A stretch of 64,000 nt of DNA from a virus, in IMG/VR virus record IMGVR_UViG_3300045988_154892; one strand, 5' to 3'. This document shows positions 49,141-56,904 of the stretch, one piece after another (positions within the stretch are counted from its first letter, which is position 1; each line of letters opens with the position of its first letter). Both the position numbers and the translations under genes were made by a program. The notes below the pieces were generated by a model, which was not told the origin of the DNA, made no database searches, and saw nothing but the letters and a program-made list of their open reading frames with translations.

Positions 49141-50335
49141 TGTTTGTTTCCACCAAATCTATGTTATTATCTTTTAAAAGTGATTTTAAATCATAATTTT
49201 CTTTAAGAAGAATTCTTGATTTTTCTTCACTTTCATCGGATTTCTTTTTATATTTATTTATCAATTCTCTTTGCTGAATAATCATATCATTATAGTCGTT
49301 TTCATCTAATCGAATCTGTTTTAAAATAGCTGCATCACTAATTTCAGCTACTTGTTGTAAACCGGCAGAATATTCAATATTATATAAATTTGTTTCAGCT
49401 TCAGACAGATTCATTTCTTTCATTTTCCGAACTTTACCAGTCCATGTATTTTCACCTTTTGAAGCGTTGACAGAGTGTTTTAAGCTGATTCCGTTATCTT
49501 TTGCCAAATTTAATACAGAAGAAGTTATTTTGTTTTTTGTATCTTCTAGGTTCTTTATTGTAGATATGTTTTTCTCCATATTTTTTACATCAGACATTAA
49601 CGAAGTAATTACATCGTTTATCTTCTCAATGTGACTAAAACTTTTTACGATTTCAATAGAAGAAGATGTTTTAAGTCTATCTTCATTTGCATCTTCGCTA
49701 GAATCTAAATAACCAATAAGACTTGCATATAGATATGGTTGATCACCAGGTTGTTCTTTTTCAAAGGGATCATATCCTAATAAACGAATTACATCTTTTT
49801 TATTTTGTGTAAACGTATCTAACAAATCTTTATTAACAGAAAAAGAATTTGATGTATCATCTATATTGTCATTTTTTTCATCTTTTTTCGAATAATAAAA
49901 ATCACTATCTGAGAACGTTTTGCAATTATATTGCCCCATCGCAACGTTTTTAATATATGCATTCCAAGGGTTAGATTTAACTCTTCCAGAAGCTAGATTA
50001 TCTGCTTCTAATACACTAGCATCCCACAAATCATTTAAAAAAGGCTTGTCCAAATACTTAAGGGCTAATATAACAGAATCTTTGTCTGGTTCATGTTCTA
50101 CTTTATCTTTCCCAATTTTTAACGCTATTTTTTTTGCACAATCCTTGCAAATAGGTGTAAGCCCACTTTTATTTAAAGGATCTGTACTTACATAAAATTT
50201 GTCTCTTGATTTATGAGTATCACACATATAGCACCAGGCACCATTTTTTAATGAATCAACTTTATCCTCTAATCGAATAATTTTGTCTTTCATTTGAGCA
50301 GCCGTTAATTTCGGCGCAGTTGTTTTTGTAGCCAA
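49133..50335 (-). CDS. Hypothetical protein in the small-terminase position (400 aa), with a Cys4 motif
   Basis: Overlaps the terL start. Contains CYMCD..CKDCAKK. Function is not recognisable. Confidence 0.3.
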   Translation of the reverse strand: MATKTTAPKLTAAQMKDKIIRLEDKVDSLKNGAWCYMCDTHKSRDKFYVSTDPLNKSGLTPICKDCAKKIALKIGKDKVEHEPDKDSVILALKYLDKPFLNDLWDASVLEADNLASGRVKSNPWNAYIKNVAMGQYNCKTFSDSDFYYSKKDEKNDNIDDTSNSFSVNKDLLDTFTQNKKDVIRLLGYDPFEKEQPGDQPYLYASLIGYLDSSEDANEDRLKTSSSIEIVKSFSHIEKINDVITSLMSDVKNMEKNISTIKNLEDTKNKITSSVLNLAKDNGISLKHSVNASKGENTWTGKVRKMKEMNLSEAETNLYNIEYSAGLQQVAEISDAAILKQIRLDENDYNDMIIQQRELINKYKKKSDESEEKSRILLKENYDLKSLLKDNNIDLVETNNA

Positions 50336-50366
50336 TTAACAGCCACCTCCTTTTTTGCATAATAAA

Positions 50367-51623
50367 TTAAGCACTTTCCGCAAGAACTGACAAAGTACTT
50401 TCTAAATATTCTACATATTCATAATTTATATTTACTTGCAAATTATTTTCCGTGAACCAAGTATCAAATTCTCCAGTATCGATTCTGTATAAAAAAGCCA
50501 AAAAGTCAAATGGAGAGAATTTTATATATCCATAATTGTCATGGAATAATTTATGTACCTCTTTGTTTATACATGCTCCATACCCATATAACATATGCAA
50601 ATCTTTTAATGTTAATCTTAATTCATCGAAATCTTCTTTGTTATAATCACATACTTGCTGTTTTACTTCTATTCCTGTTATTTTAAAAACTTCATCAACG
50701 ATATCTCTAAATGCTGTTGTATGATGTACATTATCAAATTCACTGCCAGTTATAACGCATTTATAATTACAAAATTCCATTGAATCATTGAACCAACTTT
50801 TTGTATCAGATCTTAACTCGACATAAGTAGAATTAATTCCACCTTTCCAACGACCATTTTCTTCGCCAACTAATGGATTTAAATGTCTTGGATTTTTATC
50901 TCCAGCCCATTTTCCCTTTTGCCTTTCGCTTATCATTTTGCATTGTTCTGGGCTACGTCTTTTACCTTTCCACCATCCATTATGAGTCTTAAAATATTCT
51001 CTTTTTGTTTCAGAAATTTTCTTTCTGGATTCTTCAGATAATGCTCGTCCTTTCAACTTTTCACTATTTTTTATACTTCTAGACAAATTAGCTCTAACTT
51101 GTGCATCGTAATTCTTGCCTTGCAGACCAAGAAGCGCTGCATGACATTCTATAGATCTAACGGTTCTATTTGGCAAAAATAAATTATGCAATTCTTCGCC
51201 AGTAAAATCTTTATATTTTTCTAACAATACATTATTTTCTTCATCCGTCCATTTTTCGGAAACTGTATAATCGGGGTCAAGAAAACCAGATTCCTTTTTG
51301 CTGCATTCTCTACATACATTTCTTAAACCATCAATACAAGATAGATCGATAGGAAAATATAATTTATTATTTGGTAAATCTCTATTGCATTTTTTACAAT
51401 GTCGTGTCCCTGAATAAAATAAATCTTTATTTTTGTTTTTCTCAATAATCTTCAGACGCTTTTCTTTATTAATTATTTTTTGACATTCTTTACATAAAGC
51501 ATTTAATCGTCCAAGTTTTTTATTTGCATAAGCAAAGAATTCATTTGTATTCGGGAATTCTTTTCCACATTTTGTACAAATTCTTGTTTTTGATTCAATA
51601 CTTGTTCCATGAGTATATCCCAT
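50367..51623 (-). CDS. Free-standing HNH (His-Me finger) homing endonuclease with Zn-ribbon, Myb/SANT-like and NUMOD3-like modules (418 aa)
   Basis: Likely start is MGYTHG at 51623. Contains CTKCG..CKECQ and CKKCN..CRECS. KWTDEENNVLLEKY is Myb-like. Repeated S.E.R.KIS..G..NP motifs. DNVHHTTAF..INKEVHKLFHDNYG is HNH-like. Confidence 0.65.
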   Translation of the reverse strand: MGYTHGTSIESKTRICTKCGKEFPNTNEFFAYANKKLGRLNALCKECQKIINKEKRLKIIEKNKNKDLFYSGTRHCKKCNRDLPNNKLYFPIDLSCIDGLRNVCRECSKKESGFLDPDYTVSEKWTDEENNVLLEKYKDFTGEELHNLFLPNRTVRSIECHAALLGLQGKNYDAQVRANLSRSIKNSEKLKGRALSEESRKKISETKREYFKTHNGWWKGKRRSPEQCKMISERQKGKWAGDKNPRHLNPLVGEENGRWKGGINSTYVELRSDTKSWFNDSMEFCNYKCVITGSEFDNVHHTTAFRDIVDEVFKITGIEVKQQVCDYNKEDFDELRLTLKDLHMLYGYGACINKEVHKLFHDNYGYIKFSPFDFLAFLYRIDTGEFDTWFTENNLQVNINYEYVEYLESTLSVLAESA

Positions 51624-51727
51624 TTTTATCGTCTCGCTTTCCACTCGCATAACAATTAAAAAGAGTAGGAAAGTAGTGCGAGTATCTACTATGCCAAAGC
51701 TCATGACTTCTCTGGTTTCCTACTCCC
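51624..51727 (-). promoter_or_regulatory. Structured 5' leader of the HNH endonuclease gene (copy X)
   Basis: GAGUAGGAAA pairs with UUUCCUACUC around a hairpin CCAGAG-AAGUCAUGAG-CUUUGG. CUCGC can pair with either of two GCGAG copies next to the start. Homologous to 56729-56828, with compensatory changes. Confidence 0.5.
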
Positions 51728-51853
51728 AAAAAATTAATCACGCTCCACTGACAGATCAATAAACACCAAACTGCTTATGATTACTTATTCTCCAATGAAT
51801 TTAAAGAGAATAAAAATATAAAACATGAAACAAAATAAAGAAAGGTGATTTAA

Positions 51854-52345
51854 ATGTGTAAAACTATAACAACATCAGATGGTAAAGTATTAGAACCAAT
51901 AACTCCATCTGAAGATCTCCAAAAACTACAGGAATTTTCTGATAAATTAATATCTGACACGAGTTATCAACAAATGCTGAATAGCAATATTAACATAAAT
52001 ATGTTTAAGAACATGCCCAAATTTCCATCTCCAGAAGAACGTTTAAAATTCCTTACTGACAAAATGGACTCTATGCAATCTGAGCTTGAAAGTCAGACAG
52101 AAGCTATGAGAAAAATTCAGTACGAAAACATGAAATTGAATGCACAAACTGAGATACAGAATAAAACATTAGATTCTAATTTGAAAGAATTGAATGAACT
52201 AAGAAATGTAAATGCAGAATTGAAAGCAGTGAATAAAAATCTTGAAAATAGCAATAGACACTATTGGCGAAATACCGCAATTACCGCAATTGTTTCATTT
52301 GTAGTTGCTTTAATATTTTATTTATTAGGATTTATAACGCCTTAA
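51854..52345 (+). CDS. Tail-anchored coiled-coil membrane protein (163 aa)
   Basis: SD AAAGGTG. Long coiled coil and a C-terminal TM helix (AITAIVSFVVALIFYLLGFI). Confidence 0.55.
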   Translation: MCKTITTSDGKVLEPITPSEDLQKLQEFSDKLISDTSYQQMLNSNININMFKNMPKFPSPEERLKFLTDKMDSMQSELESQTEAMRKIQYENMKLNAQTEIQNKTLDSNLKELNELRNVNAELKAVNKNLENSNRHYWRNTAITAIVSFVVALIFYLLGFITP

Positions 52346-52440
52346 AACAATAGAATCCGAAGTAGAATACCAGTGCATCCACCAAGAATTCCACCAAACA
52401 ACGCAGGATTAATTCTGTAAATTCCAGTCATACCTTTCAT
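52342..52440 (-). CDS. 32-aa glycine-zipper hydrophobic peptide (MKGMTGIYRINPALFGGILGGCTGILLRILLF)
   Basis: My own translation. GGAG lies 8 nt upstream. The track ORF 52342..52572 extends it artificially through tRNA-Leu. Confidence 0.4.
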   Translation of the reverse strand: MKGMTGIYRINPALFGGILGGCTGILLRILLF

Positions 52441-52468
52441 ATGTATGTCTCCTTTTATAAAAAAATAA

Positions 52469-52551
52469 TACCGGCAGCGAGACTCGAACTCGCACTGCTC
52501 ATAACAATCTGGGCTTAAACCAGATGTGTCTACCAATTCCACCATACCGGC
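52469..52551 (-). tRNA. tRNA-Leu (anticodon UAA), class II
   Basis: GCCGGTATGGTGGAATTGGTAGACAC..TCTGG-TTTAAGC-CCAGA, a long variable arm, then GCGAG-TTCGAGT-CTCGC. Two G.U pairs in the acceptor stem. No encoded CCA. Confidence 0.8.
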
Positions 52552-52586
52552 ATACGGAGGCACTGCCTCCATTCGCTAATTATATA

Positions 52587-52676
52587 CGGAGCCTGTGGGA
52601 TTCGAACCCACGCGCCGTTGTTAGCGGCCTGTCAGTTTTCAGGACTGATCTCTTCATCCAACTTGAGTAAAGCTCC
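52587..52676 (-). tRNA. tRNA-Ser (anticodon UGA), class II
   Basis: GGAGCTT..TCAGT-CCTGAAA-ACTGA, a long variable arm, then GTGGG-TTCGAAT-CCCAC-AGGCTCC. As I fold it, the anticodon loop has C rather than U at position 33. Confidence 0.7.
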
Positions 52677-52686
52677 AAAACAAAAA

Positions 52687-52770
52687 TGAGCAGAGTAGGA
52701 GTCGAACCTACGGTGTTTCTAATGTGACGGATTTACAGTCCGTTGCTATCGCCACTAAGCACATCTGCCC
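52687..52770 (-). tRNA. tRNA-Tyr (anticodon GUA), class II
   Basis: GGGCAGA..ACGGA-CTGTAAA-TCCGT, a long variable arm, then GTAGG-TTCGACT-CCTAC-TCTGCTC. Confidence 0.8.
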
Positions 52771-52779
52771 ATAAAAATA

Positions 52780-52802
52780 GGAGAGTAGATTGCTCCACTC
52801 TC
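52780..52802. terminator. Bidirectional-looking terminator hairpin between the DUF262 gene and the tRNA cluster
   Basis: The GGAGAGT..ACTCTCC stem is flanked by A/T runs on both sides. Confidence 0.5.
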
Positions 52803-52838
52803 CATAATAAAAATCATATTAAATTATTTCACAAAAAA

Positions 52839-53816
52839 TTATAGATTATCTACGACTTTATTCCAATACTGTAGACGAGCTTTAACGCCAGCAGAAGCAG
52901 TAGTTCCAGACTGTACGAGCTGTTTATATGCTTCATTGGAATCATAATTCTCAGCAAACTCATTTACCGCAGCTTCGAATTTTCTAAAATCTTTTCCGTC
53001 TTTAATACATTTATAACCGCCATACAGGATCATTGGGATAGAAGTAGATTTTACCTTGATTACTTCATCGCCTGTATTGAAAGCATCTAATACATCTGTT
53101 AATATACTGATATCAGTAGCATTGATATTTTCATCATACCAAACAACAAAACTGTCAATATCTTTCGCTCTAAATGATGTAAAATCATTTTCTTCATTTG
53201 TATTAATCAGCATAAGGGTTTCGCGGATCAGATCACGCTGAACATCTTTCTTATATTGTGCATCAGTAAGGATTTTCTCAAAGAACTCATGATCTGCAAA
53301 ATTAAAGATAACGTCACTTACTTTTTCACTCTCGATTGCTGTACGTTTTTGAGTATTGTTTAATGGTTTACCATTATTCTGACGAGTAAACATTTCTCGA
53401 ATATCTTCCCCAGTACAATCAGTAAACACATAGATTGTCATCTCATAATCATTTAATTTATCTTGTACAGCCTCATCAAGCTGTGCATATTTTTTACCAG
53501 CAATTTCATATACATCGCCATCAACTGTAACTGGTTTTAAATTTTTAGCCAATCTAAAACCATCTTTTTTAAAAAAGTCTCTTACTGTGGTAGCTCGCTG
53601 AACACCATCAAAAATTCTTCTTACATCGTCAGATCCGACTTCGCATCTAATTGGATCAATTGGATACGGACGAAGCATAGAGTCAATCAGTAAACTTTTC
53701 TGACGATTGCCCCACTGATTTTCCTGGCGTTGAAACTTGTGTTTCATACTGTATTTTCCTTTTGTGATATCTTTCGCAAAGTTCTTTGCACTCTGTCTTT
53801 TTACTACATAGTCCAT
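52839..53816 (-). CDS. DUF262 (ParB/GmrSD N-terminal-like) domain protein, 325 aa
   Basis: FQRQENQWGNRQKSLLIDSMLRPYPIDPI....IFDGVQRATTV is the DUF262 signature (QR..W......LIDS...DGQQR). No DUF1524/HNH half is present. It has its own promoter-like TTTACA..TGtGATAAT at about 53850-53885. Confidence 0.7.
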   Translation of the reverse strand: MDYVVKRQSAKNFAKDITKGKYSMKHKFQRQENQWGNRQKSLLIDSMLRPYPIDPIRCEVGSDDVRRIFDGVQRATTVRDFFKKDGFRLAKNLKPVTVDGDVYEIAGKKYAQLDEAVQDKLNDYEMTIYVFTDCTGEDIREMFTRQNNGKPLNNTQKRTAIESEKVSDVIFNFADHEFFEKILTDAQYKKDVQRDLIRETLMLINTNEENDFTSFRAKDIDSFVVWYDENINATDISILTDVLDAFNTGDEVIKVKSTSIPMILYGGYKCIKDGKDFRKFEAAVNEFAENYDSNEAYKQLVQSGTTASAGVKARLQYWNKVVDNL

Positions 53817-54025
53817 ACAAAATTACCTCCTGGATTTGATAATTTCACATTATCACAATAGGTAAATTTTGTAAAGGTACAGCACGTCCTTTTTATAAAT
53901 ATTTTTGCGATTTTTTGTATTTTTTGACGTCGCACATTTTCTCAGACATGTGCCATCACCGATTCCTAGACGTCAGTAGGAGATTGCAGTTTACGTGTTG
54001 CTGCACAACCGTCCATATTTTACTA

Positions 54026-54054
54026 TTGACAGATTTTTCCTCTTGCCATATAAT
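54026..54054 (+). promoter_or_regulatory. Consensus sigma-70 promoter (TTGACA-17-TATAAT)
   Basis: Exact consensus hexamers with a 17-nt spacer. It drives a ~390-nt + strand RNA ending at the 54421 terminator. Confidence 0.75.
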
Positions 54055-54219
54055 CTATATGTGAGAGTCCACCCAGGCGTTTCGTTTACGGCTGGATAAG
54101 ATGTTAAGGATTTTTCAGAGTCGCATCAGGATAGTGATATCCTGTTTAAATATACCCTTGCTAAGAAAGGAGGGTGATGCGATACGGATTTATTTCTTAA
54201 ATTTTTTAGAGATACATAC

Positions 54220-54315
54220 ATGGTCGTGAATGATAGTAACCTACTATCTACGATCGTTGCCGGGGTAGTTCTGTTGTTTTTACAGAATGTAATCCCAACG
54301 AAAAAAGACCGCTAG
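54220..54315 (+). CDS. 31-aa hydrophobic peptide, type I toxin-like (MVVNDSNLLSTIVAGVVLLFLQNVIPTKKDR)
   Basis: My own translation. It is preceded by a 7-codon mini-ORF (54177-54200) with a strong SD AAAGGAGGG. An 8-bp pairing joins the RNA 5' end (54070-54077) to its 3' end (54378-54385). Confidence 0.45.
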   Translation: MVVNDSNLLSTIVAGVVLLFLQNVIPTKKDR

Positions 54316-54420
54316 TTAAGCGATCCTTTTCGTAAGAAATTCAAATCAGCCGTCGTCCTTCGGCTCTGAGAAATCCACCTGGGTGAACATCTCAATTCTA
54401 TATATTCGATTTATTGGAAG

Positions 54421-54450
54421 CCACTTGATGTTCAAGTGGTTATTTTTATT
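54421..54450 (+). terminator. Rho-independent terminator
   Basis: CCACUUG-AUGU-UCAAGUGG followed by UUAUUUUUAUU. Confidence 0.7.
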
Positions 54451-54480
54451 ATTGTGATTGCTATGTAGTTCACTAAATCA

Positions 54481-54520
54481 CTCTACATTGCTCTACTTCA
54501 GTCTACTTTGCCTTACTTAC
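54481..54520. repeat. Four phased ~10-bp direct repeats (CTCTACATTG CTCTACTTCA GTCTACTTTG CCTTACTTAC)
   Basis: Seen directly in the sequence. They lie about 130 nt from the integrase stop and could be arm-type or iteron-like sites. Confidence 0.5.
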
Positions 54521-54526
54521 AAATGT

Positions 54527-54555
54527 AATATACCTTAATTTTTGAGGAATGTCAA
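54527..54555 (-). promoter_or_regulatory. Sigma-70-type promoter reading leftward (TTGACA-17-TATATT), antisense to the 54-kb small RNA
   Basis: The hexamers are read on the - strand. It is embedded in the palindrome GTCAAGTCAAGTCTTGAC. A back-to-back + strand TTGACA-16-TAAACT lies at 54564-54591. Confidence 0.45.
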
Positions 54556-54651
54556 GTCAAGTCTTGACAATTGGTAAATTTGTAGTAAACTGGTACGGTT
54601 GTCACAAAATCAAAATACGATCTATATATGTATTATTCTCCGGATGGAAGA

Positions 54652-55659
54652 TTAAATTCCAAACATAGAATTGATTGTATCTTCCGAATGATCCTTTAAA
54701 TATCCCTGGGTAGTACTTGGATCTGAATGGTGTGCAAAAATTTGCACCTGTTCCAAAGGATATTTTCTAGGATTACCATTTTCATCAAGTAATCTTAAAT
54801 CTGTTCCTTGTGATAAACACTCAAGTCTACTATGTCGCATGGTATGAGTGAAAATATTACATGGTTCTCCACGAACCTCCGACAATATTTTTGAGATACT
54901 TACAATCCGATCATAAAGAACAGAAGAATCCGAAATTGATTGTTTATTTTCGCCGCTTCCTTTGATCCATAGAGAGTCAATATCATCATCTCCGCGCAAT
55001 TCAAGATATTTTCTAATTAATTCTCTTGTATCATCTAAGTATACTAAAGGAAACTTTTTGCCTCGTTTTCCGACAACTACATTAGTTTTGTTTCCATCTA
55101 ACAATCCGTACTTTTGGATTTGAAATAATTCATTTTTTCTGCCAGCAGAATCAAAACCAATACTCCATAAAACTGCAAGCTGCCATTTTTCTTGTTGTAC
55201 TAAAATATCTCTTACTTTAATAAATTCATCATATGTAAAGAAAAAGTCATCTTCATTATCTTTTACAGGTGATTTTGGTATTCCATGTACTTTTTTTGCA
55301 TAATTAATTTCATAATCATAATCATCATCGTCTTCGCAAAAAGTAAGAAGACTATTAATGGCACTTTTTAATCTATTTGTTCTTGCAGCAGACATTTCGC
55401 ATTCTTCAGTAAAATATAAACTAAGATTTCTAAAATCTTTTTTCTTCAAATCTAATACGCAACGATTGTCCAATTCTTTTAATATATAAATCATAATAAT
55501 ACGAAGATCATTGTGATAACCAGCAATGGTTCCTTTGCTCTTTTTTCTCTGTTTATATTCTTGAAGAAAATCATTCATTATACGTTTATTCTCTTTATTA
55601 ACTTGCGCCCATAATTCTTCTGTATAAAAATTATGATAAATTCGACCTCTACTAGCCAT
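54652..55659 (-). CDS. int: Tyrosine recombinase / phage integrase (335 aa)
   Basis: C-terminal catalytic motifs: ..FDSAGRKNE.. (Arg), HTMRHSRLECL (H-x-x-R), and AHHSDPSTTQGYL (His and Tyr nucleophile). ATG at 55659 follows AAGGAAG. Confidence 0.8.
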   Translation of the reverse strand: MASRGRIYHNFYTEELWAQVNKENKRIMNDFLQEYKQRKKSKGTIAGYHNDLRIIMIYILKELDNRCVLDLKKKDFRNLSLYFTEECEMSAARTNRLKSAINSLLTFCEDDDDYDYEINYAKKVHGIPKSPVKDNEDDFFFTYDEFIKVRDILVQQEKWQLAVLWSIGFDSAGRKNELFQIQKYGLLDGNKTNVVVGKRGKKFPLVYLDDTRELIRKYLELRGDDDIDSLWIKGSGENKQSISDSSVLYDRIVSISKILSEVRGEPCNIFTHTMRHSRLECLSQGTDLRLLDENGNPRKYPLEQVQIFAHHSDPSTTQGYLKDHSEDTINSMFGI

Positions 55660-55687
55660 CCAACTCACTTCCTTTCAATATAAATTA

Positions 55688-56728
55688 TTAACAATCTATA
55701 TTTTTAGTGTTTTTATAATTTTGTATAAATTCTTGTATCTGTTCTGGAGTATTATTTTTTTCTCCATATAAAGAATGAAAACTATTTGGGTATTTTATAA
55801 GGTGACATGCTTCACATAATGTAATACCATTGTTTATATCGTATCTTAAGTCTGGATAATCTGAAAAATTATATAAATGATGGGCGTTTAAATTACTACC
55901 ACGTTTCCCACAGCATTGACATGTATAATTATCCCTATCAAATACTTTTCTAACCCACTCTTTGTAGTATGTATTATTTCTTGCCATATGCTGTTCTGTT
56001 GTCGAAAATCCATCAAATTCATCTAATGGAATACCTCGTTGTCTACATGACGATTTAATACGACCTTGCAACGTAGATTGTGACTCACGTACTTTTCTAT
56101 AACCATCTTTTTCTTCATAATAAACAGAAAGTAGTTCACTTCTTGTTGGAATAGTGTAACCATATTCTTTTATTAAAGAAATTACGGTATTACCTGTTGT
56201 ATTATATTGTTTTGCAATCTCTTCAGATGTCATATGCTTAATAAAATACATCATATATAAGATTTCTTTTGGTAATATGTTTTTCAAATTTCCATATTTT
56301 GAAATATTGAATTTTGAAATCCATCCACGCAATGTTCGTGTATTTATATCGCATTCTTTTGCAATATCTTCAGCATTCTTATTTTTTACTATATATTCGT
56401 TATACAGCCATTCTTTATTTCTGTAAGGGATTTCTATAAAATATAATTTCCCATTTTCATCTCTATATTTCTTTTTATGGCTTAAACATTCTTGGCAACA
56501 ATAAAGATCTGATCGTAAATTCAAATAATCTTTATAAGGCATCTTTTTTATTTGATTACAGAAATCACATTGCACATCAACATTAAGCGTCGATCCAGAT
56601 GTTAAATCTTGAACATTTACAAAAAACTCATCTAAATGTTTTGTATAAATATAACCTTTATTTTCATAATGTTTTCTTGTATTTCCAGTCCATTTTATTT
56701 TAACTTGTTGTGGCAATACTAATCCCAT
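55688..56728 (-). CDS. Free-standing HNH homing endonuclease (346 aa)
   Basis: C-terminus CQCCGKRGSNLNAHHLYNFSDYPDLRYDINNGITLCEACH is an HNH motif. The N-terminus VKIKWTGNTRKHYENKGYIYTK..VDVQCDFCN matches the N-terminus of the intron-6 endonuclease. There are central HTH-like repeats. Confidence 0.8.
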   Translation of the reverse strand: MGLVLPQQVKIKWTGNTRKHYENKGYIYTKHLDEFFVNVQDLTSGSTLNVDVQCDFCNQIKKMPYKDYLNLRSDLYCCQECLSHKKKYRDENGKLYFIEIPYRNKEWLYNEYIVKNKNAEDIAKECDINTRTLRGWISKFNISKYGNLKNILPKEILYMMYFIKHMTSEEIAKQYNTTGNTVISLIKEYGYTIPTRSELLSVYYEEKDGYRKVRESQSTLQGRIKSSCRQRGIPLDEFDGFSTTEQHMARNNTYYKEWVRKVFDRDNYTCQCCGKRGSNLNAHHLYNFSDYPDLRYDINNGITLCEACHLIKYPNSFHSLYGEKNNTPEQIQEFIQNYKNTKNIDC

Positions 56729-56828
56729 TTTTCCTACTTTCCCACCTACATAAAACTATATAAAAATAGAATGGGAGAGAGGTAGGTGACTCTACTCTAT
56801 TGGCTCATGACTTCCAATAGTCCCATTC
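56729..56828 (-). promoter_or_regulatory. Structured 5' leader of the HNH endonuclease gene (copy Y)
   Basis: GAAUGGGA pairs with UCCCAUUC around the hairpin CUAUUGG-AAGUCAUGAG-CCAAUAG, which has the same 10-nt loop as copy X. CCUAC can pair with either GUAGG copy next to the start. Confidence 0.5.
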
Positions 56829-56904
56829 CATTAATTCTCTCAATCAGCTATGACACCGATCGAGAGATCTATTTATCTTATTCTCTATTACAAATAGCAC
56901 ATTA

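Noticed and set aside
52342-52572. 76-aa - strand ORF covering tRNA-Leu, and the N-terminal third of ORF 62969..63259 covering tRNA-Ile
   Set aside because: Both overlap well-folding tRNA genes. Only the tRNA-free distal parts (52342-52440 and 62969-63172) are kept as possible small genes.
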